Positions 57,732-64,000 of a stretch of 64,000 nt of DNA are shown piece after piece. How positions within the stretch are numbered: position 1 is the first letter of the stretch; each line of letters opens with the position of its first letter. Both the position numbers and the translations under genes were made by a program. Under the pieces are notes generated by a model, which was not told where the DNA came from, did not search any database, and saw nothing but the letters and a program-made list of their open reading frames with translations. Location: assembly GCA_934216505.1 (NCBI GenBank), contig CAKQBW010000001.1, forward strand, positions 85,788 through 149,787, given 5' to 3'. This DNA comes from an uncultured Alphaproteobacteria bacterium. Its GTDB lineage: Bacteria > Pseudomonadota > Alphaproteobacteria > CAAHEQ01 > UBA3637.

Positions 57732-58651
57732 GAAAGTTTCTCCGCTATTTTCAAAATAATATCCATAAAGACTTGAGGTTTATCCAAATAAAGGGCGTCA
57801 GCCTTTACAAATTGACTTTCTGCCCAAGAATACAGCGAACTAAATTGCTGAGCTTTTTCCAGGGAATTTGTTTGCGCACAATGATACAAAAAATCTAATA
57901 TAAAATGCTTTAACAGGGGAAGTTGTTCTTTGGGGAGTTCCTGTAAAAAATTCAATAATTCCAAAGTATTTAAATTTTCAAGAGGTCCCAAAAATGAATT
58001 GATTCTACTATAAACCGCCAAACCATCTAACTCACAAATCATTCTGGCAATCCCGGGCATTCCCCCTGACAGTCTGACAATTTTTTCAATGTCTTGGCAA
58101 GAGGGAAATTCTTGGCGCAATTCCTTTTCTAATGCCTCCTTAGACAAAGCATGTAAAACGATTCGTTGACAGCGGGATAAGATGGTTGGCAATAACCGAT
58201 TGGGATTTTCACTCAACAAAAAGATAAGGGTCTTTTCCAAAGGTTCTTCTAATGTTTTTAAAAGGGCATTTTGAACATTTTCATTCATTTCTTCTGCCAA
58301 AGAAACAACCAAAATCTTACAAGGAAGAGTGCTTTTTAAAGAAACAAAATTTAAGCCTGCCCGTATTTCTTCCATCGTAATTTCATTTTTTTTCTCTAAA
58401 GAGGGGTCATCTTGAACTTGTTCTCCCGCCATCGTTGCTTCTTGAAAAGCCTTTTTGGCCTTATCCGTCAGGCCACATTCCACCCATTTGACAGCAGCAA
58501 TTTGTGTGCCTTGATTGGAACCCAATAAAGTTTGAGCCACTTCCTTAACCAACCTCTTTTTCCCCACACCTTTGGGACCTATTATCAACCACGACATAGA
58601 GGTATGCCCACTTTGAAATTGATGAATAATTCTTTGGGCTATTTCAGACAT
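57728..58651 (-). CDS. holB: DNA polymerase III delta-prime subunit
   Basis: AAA+-like clamp-loader fold (HSWLIIGPKGVGKKRL). Located between tmk and tatD. Confidence 0.7.
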   Translation of the reverse strand: MSEIAQRIIHQFQSGHTSMSWLIIGPKGVGKKRLVKEVAQTLLGSNQGTQIAAVKWVECGLTDKAKKAFQEATMAGEQVQDDPSLEKKNEITMEEIRAGLNFVSLKSTLPCKILVVSLAEEMNENVQNALLKTLEEPLEKTLIFLLSENPNRLLPTILSRCQRIVLHALSKEALEKELRQEFPSCQDIEKIVRLSGGMPGIARMICELDGLAVYSRINSFLGPLENLNTLELLNFLQELPKEQLPLLKHFILDFLYHCAQTNSLEKAQQFSSLYSWAESQFVKADALYLDKPQVFMDIILKIAEKLS

Positions 58652-59280
58652 AAACTTTCTTCCAGTTTTTCAATGATTTTATGGTGTATTTGTTCTACTG
58701 TCGCATCGGTCGAAATAATACAACAACGTTTCGGATTTTCTTCGGCAATTTTCAAAAATCCTTGACGCAGATTTTTATGAAAAGAAAAATCCATTTTTTC
58801 AAATCGCTGTTCTGTATTTCCTAAACGACTACAACTGCGTTTCAAGCCAACTTCAGGATCTATATCCAAAATAAAAGTTAAGTCAGGTTGAAAGTCCCCT
58901 GCAATCAAATGATACAATTCCTTTAATTTTTGCCGCAAATCAAAATCATTTTTTCGTCCATAGCCTTGATAGGCCAAAGTACTGTCCGCAAAACGGTCAC
59001 ACAAAACAATTTTTCCCGAATTTAAAGCCGGCCATATTTTATGGACTAAATGATCTCTACGGGCGGCGGAAAACAAAAGGACTTCTGTCAAAGAATCCCA
59101 CTGAGCGTTCCCTGACACCAACAAAGGGCGAATAAGTTCTCCCCCCACCGATCCCCCCGGTTCCCGTGTTAAAAGGACTTCTTTTCCTTTTTGTTCCAAA
59201 TACTGTTGCAACAGTTTGATTTGGGTTGTCTTTCCAGTCCCTTCGCCGCCTTCAAAAGTAATAAAGTACCCTTGAGTCAT
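58639..59280 (-). CDS. tmk: thymidylate kinase
   Basis: P-loop FEGGEGTGKTTQ and DRF motif. Confidence 0.9.
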   Translation of the reverse strand: MTQGYFITFEGGEGTGKTTQIKLLQQYLEQKGKEVLLTREPGGSVGGELIRPLLVSGNAQWDSLTEVLLFSAARRDHLVHKIWPALNSGKIVLCDRFADSTLAYQGYGRKNDFDLRQKLKELYHLIAGDFQPDLTFILDIDPEVGLKRSCSRLGNTEQRFEKMDFSFHKNLRQGFLKIAEENPKRCCIISTDATVEQIHHKIIEKLEESLCLK

Positions 59281-60422
59281 TATTTCTTCCCCAATAAAGC
59301 CTTTATTTTACCAAAAAAGCCCACTTTTTTCACTTCTTCACCCGCCACTAAATCTGTTTGGATTTGTGTCCCGTTTTCCAAAGTTGTGGTAATGGTGCCT
59401 AATTTCTGCCCTTTTTGTACGGGGGCCATCACAGGGGTCATATATTGAACAACAGACTTGGCCTTGACCTCTTCATCAATTGGATAAGTCTCCAGCACTT
59501 TTTTTTCAGGAACAGCATGAACCATTCCTTCTTTTCCTAACCACACAGGAATTTGGACCACCGTTTTATCGGGTCTTAGAAGTTCAGTATTTTGAAAATG
59601 GGAAAGCCCCCAACTCATCAACTTTCTGGCCTCAGAGGCCCGGTCATTCATACTTTGAAGACCATTGATCACCATAATCAATCGCCGTCCATCTTTCGTT
59701 TTGACCGACGCCGTTAGACCATAGCCAGATTGCCCTGTATGCCCCGTTTTTAAGCCATCAGCTCCCTCCAAAGAATACAATAAAGGATTGCGGTTGCCCT
59801 GTTTTATCCCATTATAGGAAAATTCTTTTTGGGAATATATCTTATAATTTTCGGGATAATCATTGATAATGTGTTGGGATAACAAGGCTAAATCCTTTGC
59901 ACTCATCAAATGTTCGGGGTGAGGAATCCCTGTTGCATTTCTGAAAGTTGAATTTTTAAGTCCCAATTTTTTTGCTTTTTGCGTCATCTTAGCCGCAAAG
60001 GCTTCTTCTGTGCCGGACATATTTTCGGCCACAACAATACAGGCATCATTCCCAGATTGGACAATAATCCCTTGAAGTAAATCGCCTAATTTTACTTTTT
60101 GATGCGGATTTAAAAACATCGTGGAACCCCCTGTCTTTGCCCCCCCTTTTTTCCACGCATTTTCAGAAACAGTAAATTCGCTCTCTAAAGTATAATCCCC
60201 ATTTTTAAGTGCCTCATCAATCATATAGGCTGTCATCAATTTACTCATAGAAGCGGGGTGCATAGGAACCTCTGCCTTTTTATCAAACATCACATATCCC
60301 GTATCTGCATCCATCAGATAGGCATATTTTGCTTTGGTCTTAAACGGCGTTTCGGCCAAAGAAGTCCCCGACAGAGCCAATAACGAAAAAACAATAAATG
60401 TCTTATTTAACAAAATATGCAT
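59280..60422 (-). CDS. dacA: D-alanyl-D-alanine carboxypeptidase (PBP5/6 family, S11 peptidase)
   Basis: Signal peptide and the SxxK (SMSKLMT), SGN and KTG motifs. Confidence 0.85.
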   Translation of the reverse strand: MHILLNKTFIVFSLLALSGTSLAETPFKTKAKYAYLMDADTGYVMFDKKAEVPMHPASMSKLMTAYMIDEALKNGDYTLESEFTVSENAWKKGGAKTGGSTMFLNPHQKVKLGDLLQGIIVQSGNDACIVVAENMSGTEEAFAAKMTQKAKKLGLKNSTFRNATGIPHPEHLMSAKDLALLSQHIINDYPENYKIYSQKEFSYNGIKQGNRNPLLYSLEGADGLKTGHTGQSGYGLTASVKTKDGRRLIMVINGLQSMNDRASEARKLMSWGLSHFQNTELLRPDKTVVQIPVWLGKEGMVHAVPEKKVLETYPIDEEVKAKSVVQYMTPVMAPVQKGQKLGTITTTLENGTQIQTDLVAGEEVKKVGFFGKIKALLGKK

Positions 60423-61293
60423 CTTTATACCCCGCTGATTTTAATTGTTTTAAAACACCTGTTGCCTGTGATTTTGGATAAGGTCCTACTTTCACCACAT
60501 TCAACACCCGTCCATTGCGATTGACCTTTTCCACATAAGCAGGATATCTTTGAGACAAATTTTTCCTTAAATTTTCAGCATTTTGTGCATTTGAAAAACT
60601 TCCCAAAGCAATGTTTGTATCCCCTGCTTTGGCAATCACAACAGGCCGTTGATTCTTTATATCTTTTATTTCCAAAGTAGTCGCCTCTTGAGACATCGTT
60701 GAAGGTTTCACTAAAGCCAATTCAGCCGTCGCTTTCGGAGCATCCTTTTTGTTAGATTGAGGCGGTTGATATATCAAGTCTTGCGTCAATAATTGCTCTT
60801 TTGCCTGTTTGCTTTCCTCTTCTAAAACTTCTACACGCACCATAACCGTCCCTGAAGTGGGCATACCCAATTTTTTAGCAGCGAATTGCGACACATCAAT
60901 TAAACGATTATTTACCATGGGTCCCCGATCATTCACCCGAGCAATTACTGTCTTATTGTTTTCCAAATTTGTGATTTTCACAATACTTGGTAAAGGCAAA
61001 GTCTTATGTCGGGCCGTTGGAATATTGGCGTCATAAACCTCTCCATTTGTTGTAAAACTAGGGGCTCCAGAGGGAATATACCAAGAAGCCAATCCTTGTT
61101 CCGAATAATCATATTGTTCAGCGGGGAAATACCATACACCTTTTATTTCATAGGGTTCTTCCACCAAATAGATACCCTTGTTTTGATTGTTGTTCCCCTC
61201 ATACTCCCCCACCGAATGAACCAATGGGCCATTAGAAGAACAGGCTGACAATAAAAAAGCACTTAAAACTGTTGTATAAATATGTTTATTCAT
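60403..61293 (-). CDS. rlpA: septal ring lytic transglycosylase RlpA-family lipoprotein (DPBB plus SPOR domains)
   Basis: Lipobox LSAC, a double-psi beta-barrel region (…ARVNDRGP), and a C-terminal SPOR-like domain. Confidence 0.7.
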   Translation of the reverse strand: MNKHIYTTVLSAFLLSACSSNGPLVHSVGEYEGNNNQNKGIYLVEEPYEIKGVWYFPAEQYDYSEQGLASWYIPSGAPSFTTNGEVYDANIPTARHKTLPLPSIVKITNLENNKTVIARVNDRGPMVNNRLIDVSQFAAKKLGMPTSGTVMVRVEVLEEESKQAKEQLLTQDLIYQPPQSNKKDAPKATAELALVKPSTMSQEATTLEIKDIKNQRPVVIAKAGDTNIALGSFSNAQNAENLRKNLSQRYPAYVEKVNRNGRVLNVVKVGPYPKSQATGVLKQLKSAGYKDAYFVK

Positions 61294-62501
61294 TACTTTA
61301 ACTCCCCTTTATAAATATTTAAAATCTTTAAAGTTTCTTCATTTGGATAACCATCAACTTTGATACGGTTATCCGTTTGAAAGGAGCGCAACGCTTGACG
61401 CATATTTGGCCCCAAAGTTCCGTCAATTTCTGAAGTATAATACCCCATTTCAGAAAGTTTTTTCTGTAATTGACAGAAAGTTTCCGTCTTGAGAGGACGA
61501 AAATCGTTTGGGCGATTGGGCGAATCTGATTTTCCGGAAATAATATCCGCCAACATGCCCGTTGTTAAAGCATACAGTTCCAATTTATTCCAACGATTAA
61601 TCAACTTAAAATTAGGATAAGTCAAAAAAGTTGGGCCTTGACTTCCCATAGGGGCTCGCAATACCGCCATAATTTCCTCTTCTTCCTTGGGAATCAGATG
61701 ATTTTCTTTGATCAAAACGCCCATTTTTTTCCACTCAGAAACTTTTTTTGTTTGTCCAATTTTTTCCCAATCAAATTTTTCTGGCAAAGAAACTTGATGC
61801 CCCCAAGGCTCTTTTTCTTTCCACCCCATCCGATGCAGGTAATTTCCTGCCGAGGCCAAACTATCGGGAATACTCCCCGTCAAACTTCTTGTTCCATTAT
61901 TATCCGCATCAACGGCGTATGCTAGATAAGTTGTAGGCATAAATTGAAAATGCCCAATTCCTCCATCCCAAGCCCCATAAAAAGGCGGGTAAGGCTCTGA
62001 TTCTAAAATCTTAAAATAGGCCAAAAGCTCCTTGGTAAAAAACTCTCTACGCCGTGGGTGATAGGATAAAGAAGCCAATGAACTCAATAAAGGCGTCTTT
62101 CCCATAAAAGAACCAAAATTTGTTTCCATACTCCACAAAGCTAACAGGTATTCTTGGGGAACTTGATACTGTTGTTCCACCCGAGAAAGCCAAGTTGTGT
62201 ATTTTTTTTGAATTTCCTTTGCCTTGGCTATCTTTTCTGAAGTTAAACGAGGAGAAGTATAATCCCAAAAATTACGCAGGTACTCCGGTTTTTTCATATC
62301 CTGTTGCACCACCCGTTGTAGCAAAGTCATTTGAGGGACATATTTATCCAATGTTTTTTTTGAAATTCCCTCTTTCAAAGCCCGTTCTTTGAATTGTTTT
62401 TTCCATGTTTCAAAATCTTCTGACTGCGCAAAAGAAGTCTGACTTATAAAAAATAAAGTCATTAAAAACACACAACACATTGATTTATAAAAAAATTTCA
62501 T
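61293..62501 (-). CDS. mltB: lytic murein transglycosylase (MltB family) with C-terminal peptidoglycan-binding domain
   Basis: MltB family conservation, plus a PG_binding_1 repeat (LQKKLSEMGYYTSEIDGTLGPNMRQALRSFQ). Confidence 0.75.
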   Translation of the reverse strand: MKFFYKSMCCVFLMTLFFISQTSFAQSEDFETWKKQFKERALKEGISKKTLDKYVPQMTLLQRVVQQDMKKPEYLRNFWDYTSPRLTSEKIAKAKEIQKKYTTWLSRVEQQYQVPQEYLLALWSMETNFGSFMGKTPLLSSLASLSYHPRRREFFTKELLAYFKILESEPYPPFYGAWDGGIGHFQFMPTTYLAYAVDADNNGTRSLTGSIPDSLASAGNYLHRMGWKEKEPWGHQVSLPEKFDWEKIGQTKKVSEWKKMGVLIKENHLIPKEEEEIMAVLRAPMGSQGPTFLTYPNFKLINRWNKLELYALTTGMLADIISGKSDSPNRPNDFRPLKTETFCQLQKKLSEMGYYTSEIDGTLGPNMRQALRSFQTDNRIKVDGYPNEETLKILNIYKGELK

Positions 62502-62595
62502 ATATTTCTCCGAATCGTTCTTTCTATCATAGCCTATTTTGTATAAAAAATCACTTGCTTTTTTATTTTTTTTGAATAAAATAGAAAATGTTTTA

Positions 62596-62685
62596 GGAAG
62601 GGTGGTCGAGTGGTTTAAGGCTCCGGTCTTGAAAACCGGCGTGGGGGCAACCCCACCGAGAGTTCGAATCTCTCCCCTTCCGCCA
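62596..62685 (+). tRNA. tRNA-Ser (anticodon TGA), long variable arm
   Basis: Acceptor GGAAGGG/CCCTTCC, anticodon loop CTTGAAA, variable arm GCGTGGGGGCAACCCCACCGA, T-arm AGAGTTCGAATCTCT, encoded CCA. Confidence 0.85.
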
Positions 62686-62689
62686 ATTA

Positions 62690-62719
62690 AAAAGCCACCG
62701 TTTTTACGATGGCTTTTGT
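62690..62719. terminator. bidirectional terminator hairpin between tRNA-Ser (+) and ugd (-)
   Basis: AAGCCACCGT tttt ACGATGGCTT hairpin flanked by A-runs and T-runs. Confidence 0.55.
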
Positions 62720-62720
62720 T

Positions 62721-63959
62721 TTATTTCCCAATACATTGATAAACAAAACCCGCCGAAAGCACTTTGTCTTTATCAAGCATGTTCCTGAAGTCCAAAATAA
62801 CTTTATGGTTCATCAGAGAACCAACTTTGTCTAAATCCAGTGTTTTGAATTCAGGCCACTCAGTTAATATCACCAAAGCAGCGGCCCCTTTTATCAGGGA
62901 ATATATATCCTCCGAATAATCAATTTTATCCTGTAAAATTTCTCTGGCTGTCTCCATGGCCTTTGGATCATAGGCCGTGATATGTCCCCATTCTTTTTCC
63001 AAGAAAAAGGAGATAATTTCTAAGGCAGGACTTTGACGACAATCGTCTGTTCCTTCCTTAAATGCCAATCCCAACACAGCGATTTTAGGGTCTTGCATAT
63101 TCTTTACGGACAAATAAATTCTTTCGGCCATTTCTTTTTTCCGGTTTAAATTTCCATTTATGGCAGCATCAATTAAACTCAAATTCACATTATTTTGATG
63201 TGCCATATAGGCCATTGCCATTGTATCTTTAGGAAAGCAACTGCCACCATAACCAGGACCCGCATTTAAAAACCGATTTCCTATTCTTTTATCCAAGCCC
63301 ATTCCTTGGGACACTTCGCTAATGTCAGCCCCTGCTTTTTCACAAAAATTGGCCATCTCATTGATATAATGAATCTTTACTGCCAAAAACGCATTAGAGG
63401 CATATTTGATTGTTTCTGAAGACTTTCTCTTAACGAATAGGATATTTGTTTTATTCTGAAAGGGCTTATATAATTCTTTGATAATTTGACGGGCTTTTTC
63501 TGTGTTTGCCCCAACGACAATCCGATCAGGGTTAAAGAAATCGTGGATAGCATACCCTTCCCTTAAAAATTCGGGTAAAGAAATCACATCAAAATTTGCT
63601 TTTGGATTTTTCTTTAAAATCAACTTTTCTATCTCGTCCCCTGTGCCCACAGGAACAGTGGATTTTGTCGCAATAACTGTATAATCATCAAGATATTCAG
63701 CCAATTCAGTCGCCGCTGCATAAATATATTTCATATCGGCTTCTTTGGTAATGGGGTGAGGCGGTGTTCCCACCGCAATAAATACAACATCAGCCCCTTG
63801 AATTCCTTCTTTCATCGAGGAAGTAAAACGTAATTTTCCTGCCCTTAAATTTTTTAAAAATAAATCCTGTAATCCATCTTCATACAGCGTCAAATTACCA
63901 GATTTTAATTTTTCAATTTTCTCCAAATTCATATCAATACAAACAACTTCATTTCCCAA
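62721..63959 (-). CDS. ugd: UDP-glucose 6-dehydrogenase
   Basis: N-terminal NAD-binding fold and the catalytic Cys motif GYGGSCFPKD. Confidence 0.85.
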   Translation of the reverse strand: MGNEVVCIDMNLEKIEKLKSGNLTLYEDGLQDLFLKNLRAGKLRFTSSMKEGIQGADVVFIAVGTPPHPITKEADMKYIYAAATELAEYLDDYTVIATKSTVPVGTGDEIEKLILKKNPKANFDVISLPEFLREGYAIHDFFNPDRIVVGANTEKARQIIKELYKPFQNKTNILFVKRKSSETIKYASNAFLAVKIHYINEMANFCEKAGADISEVSQGMGLDKRIGNRFLNAGPGYGGSCFPKDTMAMAYMAHQNNVNLSLIDAAINGNLNRKKEMAERIYLSVKNMQDPKIAVLGLAFKEGTDDCRQSPALEIISFFLEKEWGHITAYDPKAMETAREILQDKIDYSEDIYSLIKGAAALVILTEWPEFKTLDLDKVGSLMNHKVILDFRNMLDKDKVLSAGFVYQCIGK

Positions 63960-64000
63960 TTCAGCAAAACCAACCCCCGTTGGTAAGCCGACATAGCCTG

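Overview
The window is gene-dense and AT-rich (roughly 38–40% GC by eye). Most of it is core housekeeping genes with an alphaproteobacterial flavour: an hprK–EIIA(Man)–npr cluster, a CtrA-like regulator with a ChpT-like phosphotransferase, the ihfA–merR pair, rpmF–plsX, and a tmk–holB–tatD–MBL cluster. Other recognisable core loci are rpmH–rnpA–yidD, lysS, pheST, dnaX preceded by an SRP RNA, prfA–prmC, murJ, dnaG, gap and a type-2-length ileS. Five tRNAs are present (Arg-CCT, Cys-GCA, Asn-GTT, Val-CAC, Ser-TGA), and several sigma70 promoters match the consensus exactly.

Loci that stand out:
1. The window opens with the 3' end of a NuoF-like flavoprotein gene followed by an [FeFe]-hydrogenase HydA carrying the L1, L2 and L3 H-cluster motifs.
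2. The nine ATP-synthase genes run atpD-C-Q-R-B-E-F-A-G with no delta gene, and the c subunit has a Na+-binding signature (E…ESTxxY). This is the gene order of the N-type, Na+-translocating ATPase, not a canonical F1Fo operon.
3. About 37.4–44.2 kb is an accessory-looking region. Two convergent, cysteine-rich paralogs with type IV prepilin-like N-termini flank tRNA-Val, a truncated serine-recombinase remnant, an unknown ORF and queH. One paralog ends in a C-type-lectin-like domain. A third paralog lies at 17.5 kb and an A24 prepilin-peptidase homolog at 29.9 kb. Two near-identical GATCG-centred palindromes sit in the promoter of one paralog. I consider this modular pilin-like Cys-rich protein family, with its candidate operator sites, the most likely undescribed system here.
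4. A CdaA-type diadenylate cyclase is followed by a SucC/SucD-like pair in which the catalytic-site motifs appear lost, then a ChpT-like gene, in one apparent operon.

No CRISPR array, rRNA or intact transposon was seen.
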